From Alphaproteobacteria bacterium (GTDB lineage: Bacteria > Pseudomonadota > Alphaproteobacteria > CAAGCB01 > CAG-977): a DNA stretch of 64,000 bases. Each line of letters starts with the position of its first letter. Position 1 is the stretch's first letter. The notes below the pieces were generated by a model that saw only the letters and a program-made list of their open reading frames with translations, did no database searches and was not told the DNA's origin. The stretch covers positions 247,706 to 311,705 of the forward strand of contig JAFZYY010000030.1 of the NCBI GenBank assembly GCA_017616015.1, read 5' to 3'. Of the stretch, positions 1 to 8,502 are shown in pieces. Both the position numbers and the translations under genes were made by a program.

Positions 1-757
1 CTTCGTGCCACCCTTTCTGCGATTCCGCGAGCGCGTCATAGTAAAGGTCTTTGTCCTTTGCGATTTTGGCTTCAAGAGAAATGTATCTGCCGATATAAAA
101 CCCGTTCCGATACAGAAGAAGCGTCGTCAACAAACGGCTCATTCTTCCGTTTCCGTCATTGAACGGGTGAATGCACAAAAAGTCATGGATAAAGACGGGT
201 ATCGCGATCAACGGTTCAAGTTCCATATTTCCGATGACGCGGTTGTATTCTTCGCATATCCTGTCGAGAGCCTCCGGCGTTTCATAAGGGGCGAGAGGCG
301 TGAACAAAGTTTCAACATGACCGTCGGGATGGGTTGCGCTGATATAGTTCTGGACATTTTTCGTTTGCCCCGCCATCGGGTTGTTCGCATAACTGTATAA
401 GATTTTGTGAAGCTGAAGGATATAATTCCGTGTCACGGGAATGGCGTCAAAGTTCTCATGGATCAGTTTCAACACATCCCTGTATCCGCTGATTTCCTTT
501 TCACTGCGATTTTTAGGCGTTGTCTTTTCCTCGACAAGCTGACGGACACGAGTGCTGGTCGTAACAATGCCCTCGATTGCGTTAGAAGCCTCGGTGCTTT
601 GAACCTTGGCAATTTCCACCAGTTTGTCGAGTTCTTCCGGACGCTGTTTCAGATACAACTCCTGCTTTCCCACTTCCTTATATATGGCGGAAATCAGCCC
701 GAGAAGTTCCGAATCCCATTTTTGTTCCCTGATCGCGGAATAGTTAAAAGCTCTCAT
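1..757 (-). CDS. Fic/DOC family protein, C-terminus cut by window edge
   Basis: Reverse-complement translation from the ATG at 757 is open to position 1: MRAFNYSAIREQKWDSEL...FLCIHPFNDGNGRMSRLLTTLLLY. It contains the canonical Fic motif HPFxDGNGR. The listed + strand ORFs 5-400 and 407-802 are shadows of this gene. Confidence 0.8.
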   Translation of the reverse strand, partial: MRAFNYSAIREQKWDSELLGLISAIYKEVGKQELYLKQRPEELDKLVEIAKVQSTEASNAIEGIVTTSTRVRQLVEEKTTPKNRSEKEISGYRDVLKLIHENFDAIPVTRNYILQLHKILYSYANNPMAGQTKNVQNYISATHPDGHVETLFTPLAPYETPEALDRICEEYNRVIGNMELEPLIAIPVFIHDFLCIHPFNDGNGRMSRLLTTLLLYRNGFYIGRYISLEAKIAKDKDLYYDALAESQKGWHE

Positions 758-987
758 TCCCTTACTCCTACGTTCTTTCCCTTAAATCATACCATAAAAT
801 AAGGGAATAACAAGAAAGTAAGCGAATTTGCATTTTTTCTGCTATTCATGGCTGTTCCCATCGCTTCGGGAACAGTCTATCTGTTCGAAACTAAATGGGG
901 CGTCAGATAAATCATATAATGCAATTGACTCCTGTCATAAAAAAACTTACTCTAGCAAAGGAACTAAAGGGACATAAGAGTTGTTAG

Positions 988-2099
988 ATGATAAAGTTGG
1001 AAGAAAAAGATTCGGATTATATAGAAGGAGAAGAATCCTTAAATGAAAAGGCCATCCAAAATATTAAAGCTAATTATCCTAATATCTCTATAAAGTTTAG
1101 TAGAGACAATTATAGCCTTTACGAACTAAAAAGAAAATTAAATGAAAATAAATTTATAGTTATTGATCCTGAATTTCAAAGAGAAAATGTATGGAGTCAT
1201 AAGCAAAATGCTGAACTAGTTGAATCTATTATGATGGGGATACCAATTCCTATAATATACCTTTTTGAAGATGAAAAAGGTATACGTCAAGTTGTAGACG
1301 GGCGGCAAAGGCTAGCCTGTATTACAAATTTTATGGATAATAAATTTAAGTTGGTTGATTTAAGCATATTAGGCGAATACAATGGATATTATTTTAAAGA
1401 TTTACCAGCTGTACTCCAATCTAAAATAGAAGATTATCAAGTTATAGTTTATACTGTTCAACATCCTACTCCGGAGAAGGTTAAATTTGATATTTTTGAT
1501 AGAGTAAATAGAGGGGGACACAACTCAATAACCAAGAAATGAGGAATGCATTATATCTTGGAAAATCCACAAAGCTGCTAAAAAAATTAGCAGAATCCGA
1601 ATCTTTTATTTCTGCTACTGGTAATGGCGTATCATCGACGAGAATGAAAGACAGGTATATGATTCTCAGGTATCTAGCATTCTATCTATACAGAACAGAA
1701 AAGGTTGATGGATTAGAATATAAAAGTGATATGGATGATTTTCTTGCGAATGTAATGAAAGCCATTAATAATTTTACTGATGAAAAAATAGAAGAATTAG
1801 AAAATATTTTTGCAAAATCTATGAAGCAGTGTCTTGAAGTTATGGGGCCGGATGGATTTCGATTTAATAAGAAAAGTCAGGGCAGTAATCAGCGTCGTCC
1901 TATAAATATGGGGCTTTTTGAAATGTTAGCCTATTTTTTTAGTTTAAATATAGAAGATATTGATAGGCAACTATTAAAGAACAAAATAGAAAATTTAAAA
2001 CGAGACATGGACGATAGAGGTATATTAAGAATAATAGATTCAAATGTTGCAATTAAATATAGATTTGATGCAATTGAAAAATTGCTGGAGAGTATATGA
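988..2099 (+). pseudogene. DUF262 (ParB-like nuclease superfamily) protein, interrupted by a frameshift in a G5 homopolymer (1513-1517)
   Basis: ORF 988-1542 carries the DUF262 N-terminal motifs (IDPEFQRENVW, DGRQRL). ORF 1539-2099 starts MRNALYLG. One extra G in the run at 1513-1517 would give ...RGGTQLNNQEMRNALY, restoring the conserved DUF262 GG..LN.QE.RNA block. So the two ORFs are one gene split by a 1-nt indel. Confidence 0.65.
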
Positions 2100-3241
2100 T
2101 GTTAAAAGAACTAGATATTAAAAATTTTAAGAATATTAAGGAAGAACATTTTGAATTATCTGGCCTGACAATTTTTACAGGAGTTAATTCTTCTGGAAAG
2201 TCATCTGTATTACAAAGTATTTTGCTTTTATCAAAAAAATATTCTCTGCAACAAAACGCCGATTTAAGTCGTTATACTTCATTTTTTTCTAAATTTTCAG
2301 AAGTAAAAAACAAATATATTAAAGAAGATATTATAACAATTGTAGCCATTTCAGAAGAGGATGAAAAATACAATTATAATATTAGTCCACAAAGAATTGA
2401 AGAAGCAGACTATTCAATATTAAAAAAACTTGCTCCTACTATTAAAGAATCTATTTTGACGAAAAAAAATAAACAAAACGATGCTTTTCTCGAATATATA
2501 GAAAGAATAGCAAATATGACAAGAAATATTTTTTCATATGAAGATAATTTATATTATTTATCAGCCAACAGAAACGGTCCTGAAGATATATCCCAAATAA
2601 ATCATGAGAAAAAAGTTGGCATTAATGGCGAATATTTAATAGGTTACTTAGCTCAAAATAAATTAAAAAATGTTGATGTTGCAATTCAAAAATTCAAAGA
2701 TAACGCAACATTAGCATATCAAGTAGGTGAATGGTTAAAAGATATCTTAGAAATAGACATTTCTGCAAATTTAGATATGATTGATGATATGCATGCTAAA
2801 CTAAGCTTTGATATTGAGGGGGTAACAAAATTAAATCCACTAAATGTAGGATCAGGAAATAGTTATTTGCTCAAGTTATTAATTCTTTGCTTAAGTTGTG
2901 TAAAAGGAAATATCGTAATCATAGAAAATCCAGAAATACATCTTCATCCAAAAGCTCAAGCTAAATTAGGGGAGTTCTTTTCTTTTTTAGCAGAAAATGG
3001 GGTACAAATAATTCTTGAAACACACAGTGAACACTTAATCAACAAAGTCCGTTTTCAAGTTAAGAAAAATAAAATATCAAATAAAAAGATTCACATATAT
3101 TATAAAAAATCAATTAAAGATAGTTTTTCAGCAATAGATATAGATGATACGGGGCACTTCGTAGATAAAGAAAACAAAAGAATCCCATTCCCTACAGGTT
3201 TTTTTGATACAAGCTTAGAAAATTTAATGGAAATAGGCTAA
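2096..3241 (+). CDS. ABC-type AAA ATPase (AAA_15/DUF3696-like family)
   Basis: Walker A FTGVNSSGKSS. C-terminal IIENPEIHLHPKAQ...ILETHSEHL is typical of AAA_15/AAA_21 ABC ATPases. ATGA start-stop overlap with the upstream gene. Confidence 0.75.
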   Translation: MMLKELDIKNFKNIKEEHFELSGLTIFTGVNSSGKSSVLQSILLLSKKYSLQQNADLSRYTSFFSKFSEVKNKYIKEDIITIVAISEEDEKYNYNISPQRIEEADYSILKKLAPTIKESILTKKNKQNDAFLEYIERIANMTRNIFSYEDNLYYLSANRNGPEDISQINHEKKVGINGEYLIGYLAQNKLKNVDVAIQKFKDNATLAYQVGEWLKDILEIDISANLDMIDDMHAKLSFDIEGVTKLNPLNVGSGNSYLLKLLILCLSCVKGNIVIIENPEIHLHPKAQAKLGEFFSFLAENGVQIILETHSEHLINKVRFQVKKNKISNKKIHIYYKKSIKDSFSAIDIDDTGHFVDKENKRIPFPTGFFDTSLENLMEIG

Positions 3242-3242
3242 A

Positions 3243-3965
3243 ATGGCATTTTCTTACCTTTTATCAGACGAATTAGCTGAGTTGTACCTTAATTATAAAG
3301 ATGGAAAAAACGTTAATCAAGCCTTGCTGGAGTTATTTTTTTCCTTCTATGAACCAGTACCTTTTATTTCATTGGATCAATTAAATAAATATGGAAGCGA
3401 TAATGTGGAAGCAAGACAAGCTTTAATGGCTAGTTGTTATAGCGCTAAATCAGAAGAACAAGTCTTAGAGGAAACAAAATACAGAATTAAATTAACTACT
3501 GATTGTAATAGATATCCATGTGTCGATATAAACAAAGGGAAACTTAAAAAGGAAATAGTGGCATCATATAAAGCCGGAGAGGTACGGGATGAAACAATAA
3601 AACACCTAAATAATTTATGCAAAAATGCACAAAGTATTGCGATTTATGACAAGTATATGTTTAAATCTAATGATATACAAAAGTCTTCGATTGCACTGTT
3701 TTTTAAAAATATTTTAGACGATCAAAATGCGATTAATATTTTTTATATAAAGCCTGGCAAAGAAAATATTCAAAAGCATCTTACATATCTTAAAAAAATA
3801 AGACAAAATTGCACTTTAAAAAATTCCCCTGATAATAGGTATAAAAATGCTCATGATAGATATATACTGATAGATAAGAGATTAGAGATAATTTTAAGCA
3901 GTGGATTAGAGTATTTGTTTGACATATCAAAAGAAATATCTTTAATATATAGAGAAATCATATGA
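3243..3965 (+). CDS. hypothetical protein, third gene of the DUF262/ATPase module
   Basis: 240-aa ORF starting 2 nt after the ATPase stop, with the same AT-rich composition. No recognisable motif. Confidence 0.55.
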   Translation: MAFSYLLSDELAELYLNYKDGKNVNQALLELFFSFYEPVPFISLDQLNKYGSDNVEARQALMASCYSAKSEEQVLEETKYRIKLTTDCNRYPCVDINKGKLKKEIVASYKAGEVRDETIKHLNNLCKNAQSIAIYDKYMFKSNDIQKSSIALFFKNILDDQNAINIFYIKPGKENIQKHLTYLKKIRQNCTLKNSPDNRYKNAHDRYILIDKRLEIILSSGLEYLFDISKEISLIYREII

Positions 3966-4238
3966 CATTATATCTACGCAACCGTTTTATTATTTTGTTT
4001 TTATGAAGCATAACAAGAAACATTATTTAATAATCTATCAAGCAAGGATAATTTAAAGTGCGATTGTTTAACTGTTAAAACTCATTTAATTTCGTACAGT
4101 CGGGATTGATGTTCCCCTAAAACTGTGTCAAAAAGAAGTAAAGCCATTTATTAAATTACTCGTAAATTTCTTTGATGGCAAGAGCCGGTTTGCGCAACTG
4201 CAAGAGTCTGGCGCAAACTGTCCATCTGTTTTCTGAAC

Positions 4239-4445
4239 ATCGTTGACGAAGATCACGCGGCATTACAGCCAGACTTGTTCTCCCAAAGGAAAGAAGACGA
4301 GAAAGAGAGGAAAATGCAAGAGGCTGTCTTGGCGATCAAGCAAAAATTCGGGAAAAACGCTTTGCTTCGAGGAATGAGCTATACGGACAAAGCAACGGCG
4401 CGTGTGCGAAACAAGTTGATCGGAGGACACAATGGCGGCGAGTAA
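4239..4445 (+). pseudogene. C-terminal remnant of a Y-family (UmuC/DinB-like) DNA polymerase
   Basis: Frame ending TAA at 4443-4445 reads ...NIVDEDHAALQPDLFSQRKEDEKERKMQEAVLAIKQKFGKNALLRGMSYTDKATARVRNKLIGGHNGGE*. The KyGk..lrg.s...RNK.IGGH pattern is the typical Y-family polymerase C-terminal tail. There is no N-terminal or catalytic portion upstream; the frame hits a stop about 25 codons further up. The stop overlaps the start of the next gene. Confidence 0.5.
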
Positions 4446-4737
4446 AGAGGAACGTGCCCGTCAATTTCTGACGTTTAACGCTTTGACCGGGTATTACCAA
4501 ATGATATTGGAAAAACAGCGCGTTTCCGAACCGAAGAAAGAACTTTCGGAAGACGAAGCGGCGGCTTTGTCCGATAAATTAAAGAGCCTCCGGCGGCATG
4601 ACCTTGTATCCGTGACTTTTTACGACAAGGACGCTTATATCACCAAAACGGGAATGATTATGGATATTGATTTCACATTCCAAACGCTGACGATCGTTAA
4701 AACGAAGATACCGTTTCAGGATATTTTGAGGCTTTAA
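4432..4737 (+). CDS. YolD-like protein (UmuD-analogue accessory of Y-family polymerases)
   Basis: 101 aa. Conserved LSEDE...VxVTFYxxxxxxxxTGxIxxIDxxxQxLxI pattern of the YolD-like family. Start overlaps the polymerase-remnant stop. Confidence 0.6.
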   Translation: MAASKEERARQFLTFNALTGYYQMILEKQRVSEPKKELSEDEAAALSDKLKSLRRHDLVSVTFYDKDAYITKTGMIMDIDFTFQTLTIVKTKIPFQDILRL

Positions 4738-4823
4738 GCGGCGAAAACATAAAAAGACTTTGCGAAAGGACTTAAAACTGGATAGCCTAAGGTTTTGTTG
4801 ATATTTGATTATGGAGTTGCATT

Positions 4824-5096
4824 ATGAACAAAGCAGAAGTAGTAGCTGAAATCGCGAAGATCACCAGCTTGACGAAAGTTGATTCCGAACGGGCGACGGA
4901 AGCCTTATTGAACACGGTTGCCGCGACCTTGAAGAAAGGCGACGAAGTTCGCTTGGTCGGCTTTGGCACGTTCAGCGTGATGAAACGTCCGGCTTCGACC
5001 GGTCACAATCCCCGTACGGGTGTAGAAATTAAGATTCCGGCTTCCAAACAGCCGAAATTCAAAGCGGGCAAAGGTCTGAAAGAAGCGTTGAAATAA
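4824..5096 (+). CDS. hupB: HU family DNA-binding protein
   Basis: 90 aa: MNKAEVVAEIAK...GDEVRLVGFGTFSVMKRPASTGHNPRTGVEIKIPASKQPKFKAGKGLKEALK. GGAG ribosome-binding site upstream. Confidence 0.9.
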   Translation: MNKAEVVAEIAKITSLTKVDSERATEALLNTVAATLKKGDEVRLVGFGTFSVMKRPASTGHNPRTGVEIKIPASKQPKFKAGKGLKEALK

Positions 5097-5118
5097 TACC
5101 GGTTCAAAAACCGACAAA

Positions 5119-5147
5119 GGCGTGTCCAATCGGATGCGCTTTTTTTA
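5119..5147 (+). terminator. probable rho-independent terminator after hupB
   Basis: Imperfect GC hairpin followed by a T7 run at 5140-5147. Confidence 0.35.
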
Positions 5148-5178
5148 TGTCCAAAACGGTAACGTGGAATGGAAAACG

Positions 5179-5427
5179 TCATTTGTTGATGAAGTTTTCA
5201 TAGATGTAAATCTCGTCGTCCGCGCTGAGATCATCGTCGATGTCAAAAGGCTTGTCCTCTTTGTCTTCGTCATCGACATCGTCATAATCGGAAGAAGACG
5301 AGCCGGAACTATTACTGAACCCCCATTCCAGAAAAAGCCACGCAAGTGCCAAAAATGTTCCTAATCCGAACGTCACGAGTCCGCTCAGAAGAAGCCCCCA
5401 CCAGAAACAACTGCGCGTGCATTCCAT
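5179..5427 (-). CDS. small membrane protein with a strongly acidic C-terminal tail
   Basis: 82 aa with one hydrophobic helix (WWGLLLSGLVTFGLGTFLALAWLFL), then a D/E-rich tail. No homology signal; low confidence. Confidence 0.3.
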   Translation of the reverse strand: MECTRSCFWWGLLLSGLVTFGLGTFLALAWLFLEWGFSNSSGSSSSDYDDVDDEDKEDKPFDIDDDLSADDEIYIYENFINK

Positions 5428-5700
5428 TCCTGTCCGATCCTTTCCATATATTTTTCAGATAATCATACCTAATAACAATCGGACGGTCATTATCTTTCAT
5501 TTTTTAAGCTCATAAGTAGATTACTCTATGAATTCTATCAATAAATCTTTCCGAAAAAACGATCGAGGAGTCAAAAAGATCAAAAAGAGTCTTCAAATTT
5601 TGAACGAGTCGTCTATCTATTCAGAGTCTTTTAAATCTGTCATTTTTTGAATTGAAAATACACATTCCTTTGGTTATCCTTTTTAAAAGCGAAGAGTCGG

Positions 5701-5925
5701 ATGCACAGAATTTGTCTGTGTTTAGACGCTTTGAATGGAAAATTGAAAAAAGGGCTTGTCGATATGTTGACAGATAATGAACTAAATGAACTGCTTCACG
5801 ACATCATAAATATTGAGCAACGCTATCAAGACTCCTTGATTAACAAACGGAAAGATGAAGTTAGGAAAAAAATAATAGACGGTTATTTGCGACAAAAAGA
5901 AAAAGAGGATGGAGAAAAATTATGA
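5701..5925 (+). CDS. small hypothetical protein, first gene of the module upstream of dnd
   Basis: 74 aa. Its stop overlaps the next gene's ATG (ATGA), which suggests translational coupling. Confidence 0.4.
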   Translation: MHRICLCLDALNGKLKKGLVDMLTDNELNELLHDIINIEQRYQDSLINKRKDEVRKKIIDGYLRQKEKEDGEKL

Positions 5926-7991
5926 AATTATCAGCCCTTTCATTAAATAATTTCAGACAGTTTTACGGAAAGCAAAAAATTGTATTTTCCACTTCGCCTA
6001 AAAGCAAAATAACGTTCGTCCACGCAGAAAATAGTGCGGGGAAAACGACGATTTTGAACGCTGTTTTATGGTGTATGTTCGGGAAAGACTATTGTTCACA
6101 GAATTTTGCTCATCCTGATCAGCTTGTAAATGATAAGGCCTTGGAGGAAGGAACGACGTCTTGTCAGGTAGATGTCGGTTTCAAAACGGATTTTCCCGAT
6201 GAAAACGGTGTTACAGAATATATCATGTCTCGCAGATATAATCAGAAAACAAAAGTTGAAAAAATCCGCCTTTATTTTAAGGATCCTGAAACCCAAGAAA
6301 TGGATTATTACGATGGAGACAATGACATCCAAAAAGCCAGTATACAATATATGATGCAGCGATTGATTCCGCCTGGAGTATTAAAGCAGTTTTTTACAGC
6401 CGGAGAGGCCGCGGAACAAACGGGCATAAACTATACGGCTTTCAAGAAGTCTTTTGAAACCTTGCTTGGTATGGATTACATAAAAAAAGCGAGAAAAGAT
6501 ATATCGGATAACCGAGACAATTTCTGTAAGCAAATCAATATGGGAGAAAGAGAACAGAGGAAGTTTGATGGGCTTCTTAAAGAAAAAAATTCTGACATAA
6601 CGCGTATGGATGAACTTTCTGAGGAAATTAGTAAAAAAACAACAGAAATAGAGGAATGTGATAGAAAGATCAACGAAGCGGATCGCATAATAAGCAGGAA
6701 TGATGAACCTAAAAGAATTTTAGAAGAGCAGAAGAAAAGGGAAAGAGACTTAACTAAAACAGACGCGGAAATTGATGAAAACGAAAAAAACATCAAAAAT
6801 TGGATTTCAAACAACGCGATGTCATTGTTGTTTTCTGCGGAACAATTGCATTCCGTCAATCAATATGTGAATAACGCGGACTCGGAACGTATTACCGTTG
6901 AATATCCGGTCAACAAAAAACTTCTTGAAGCACTTTTGAACAGGGGAATTTGCATCTGCGGAACAAAGATTACTGAAAAAGAAGAAAAGAAATTAAGAGA
7001 AGCTCTTGAGCAGATTGTTCAAGACCCAAAAGAAACGGAAAAAGAAAATAAGAGCGAGCGTTTAAAAACTTTCGTCGTTAGATTGGCGGACAAAGCGGCA
7101 GATGCACAAAATAAAATAAACGAATTGCAGCGAAAAAGAGTGATTTTAAGAAATGAACACGCCGAGATAAGAACGGATATTGAACGTTTGGGAGACATAT
7201 TGGCTAAAAATCAGCCCGAAAACATAACCGCTGCAGAGAATTCCAGGAGAGAACAGCAACGAAAAAGGGCGGTTTACGAGCAAGATAAAGCCAAAGCCAA
7301 GAATGATTTAGAGAATGCGAAGAGAGATTTGGATAGAGTTGAACGGGAGCTACAGCGCCTCCATGTCCCCAATAACTCTAAAGAAGTTGAATACGCCGAT
7401 ATTTGTAGCCGACTTATGCGAAAGTGTGATGATGTGATAGAAAACGAAATTCCGCAAGCAAGAAGAATTGCTGCGGAAAAAATGAATGTTTTTCTTGCGA
7501 ACGTTGGGAATAAAATGACGGTTACATTCAATGACGAAAACGATATGGAAGTGAGAAACGCTTACGGTCGCCCGCAAGCTCCTGGCGGTGCGGAAGCTTC
7601 TTTTATCGCTTTATCGTTTGTCTTAGCTATGACCGAAATTTCAAAAGAAAGAGCGCATAAGAATCAAAAAACCGGAAATAATTTCTTACCTGGGTTGATT
7701 GCTCCGTTTATTTTCGACTCTGTTATGGGAGTTTTTGATGAAACAAACAGAAGTGTTTTCTGGGATTATATTCCAGAGCGATCGGATCAAATGATTCTGC
7801 TTTTATCTTCAACGCAAGGAGGAGAGGAAATAGCAGAAGATCTCAGAAACAAAGGATTGATTGGCAAAGAGTATTATCTGGAAGCGCATGGAAACAATGT
7901 GGATAAAGAAATCAAAAGCCAGATAAAAGGACAAATTAGAGATTTAAAAGTCCGCGACAACGATGTTTTTACCAAAATTAGAGAAATCTAA
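5922..7991 (+). CDS. SMC-like ABC ATPase (DndD/AAA_23-like N-terminus, long coiled coil)
   Basis: 689 aa. Walker A ENSAGKTTILNAVLW at the N-terminus. K/E-rich coiled-coil middle with a CICG motif. C-terminal D-loop region IFDSVMG. Confidence 0.8.
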   Translation: MKLSALSLNNFRQFYGKQKIVFSTSPKSKITFVHAENSAGKTTILNAVLWCMFGKDYCSQNFAHPDQLVNDKALEEGTTSCQVDVGFKTDFPDENGVTEYIMSRRYNQKTKVEKIRLYFKDPETQEMDYYDGDNDIQKASIQYMMQRLIPPGVLKQFFTAGEAAEQTGINYTAFKKSFETLLGMDYIKKARKDISDNRDNFCKQINMGEREQRKFDGLLKEKNSDITRMDELSEEISKKTTEIEECDRKINEADRIISRNDEPKRILEEQKKRERDLTKTDAEIDENEKNIKNWISNNAMSLLFSAEQLHSVNQYVNNADSERITVEYPVNKKLLEALLNRGICICGTKITEKEEKKLREALEQIVQDPKETEKENKSERLKTFVVRLADKAADAQNKINELQRKRVILRNEHAEIRTDIERLGDILAKNQPENITAAENSRREQQRKRAVYEQDKAKAKNDLENAKRDLDRVERELQRLHVPNNSKEVEYADICSRLMRKCDDVIENEIPQARRIAAEKMNVFLANVGNKMTVTFNDENDMEVRNAYGRPQAPGGAEASFIALSFVLAMTEISKERAHKNQKTGNNFLPGLIAPFIFDSVMGVFDETNRSVFWDYIPERSDQMILLLSSTQGGEEIAEDLRNKGLIGKEYYLEAHGNNVDKEIKSQIKGQIRDLKVRDNDVFTKIREI

Positions 7992-8004
7992 GAAGGGGGG
8001 ATAA

Positions 8005-8502
8005 ATGTCAGCAGATTTGGAAATGAAGCGTTCCGTCGCCATTGATGAGGAACACGAGAATACTTTAAGGGCCATCACACAAAACGACAACCCGAAGGCT
8101 CCTTTCGAACATTTTTACTCCGCTATAACATTTGCTGCTGTATTGGGATTTAGCCAGGGGCATACTCCGAAACCCAATTCAAAACACATAAAAATGGATG
8201 CAATAAAACCGGAGTATTTTTCAAGATGCGATGGTGGATATATAGCCCTTCTCATCGCGTTATTGCATACAAAAAGTTATGACAAAATCCTCAACGAGAT
8301 ACCAGAAGATTCTGACTATGTTTCTATTTTTACCGGTTATGCCAATGCGGGATTGGAGATTATTGAAGACTGGAGAACACAGTATAACGGTGACATAATG
8401 AACACGACGGAAATAATCTTACAGGGGCTTCAGAATGTTCTTGGGAGCAATCGCGCAAACAAAAAGGCCGCTGACGCTGGCGAAGTAACTGTGAGACTGT
8501 GA
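8005..8502 (+). CDS. hypothetical protein
   Basis: 165 aa. Sits between the ATPase and the PLD/helicase gene, overlapping the latter's start by 4 nt. Confidence 0.55.
   Translation: MSADLEMKRSVAIDEEHENTLRAITQNDNPKAPFEHFYSAITFAAVLGFSQGHTPKPNSKHIKMDAIKPEYFSRCDGGYIALLIALLHTKSYDKILNEIPEDSDYVSIFTGYANAGLEIIEDWRTQYNGDIMNTTEIILQGLQNVLGSNRANKKAADAGEVTVRL

Noticed and set aside
5-802. Two + strand ORFs (5-400, 407-802) at the window start
   Set aside because: The minus strand over the same span encodes a continuous Fic protein with a perfect HPFNDGNGR motif. The + strand ORFs are antisense shadows.
851-874. Hairpin ctgttccc-atcgcttc-gggaacag between the divergent Fic and DUF262 genes
   Set aside because: There is no T-run on either side, and it lies between two gene starts. 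It is more likely an operator than a terminator, with not enough evidence to call either.
5592-5604. TTCAAAtTTTGAA inverted repeat upstream of the 5701 ORF, considered as an operator for the dnd-partner module
   Set aside because: Short 6-bp arms in AT-rich DNA, which is expected by chance. No supporting promoter elements were identified.
6476-6859. Minus-strand 127-aa ORF inside the SMC-like ATPase gene. Similar antisense ORFs occur at 13061-13531, 13850-14248, 9167-9358 and 10389-10706.
   Set aside because: They lie fully inside well-supported + strand genes, have low-complexity S/L/F-rich translations, and no motifs.
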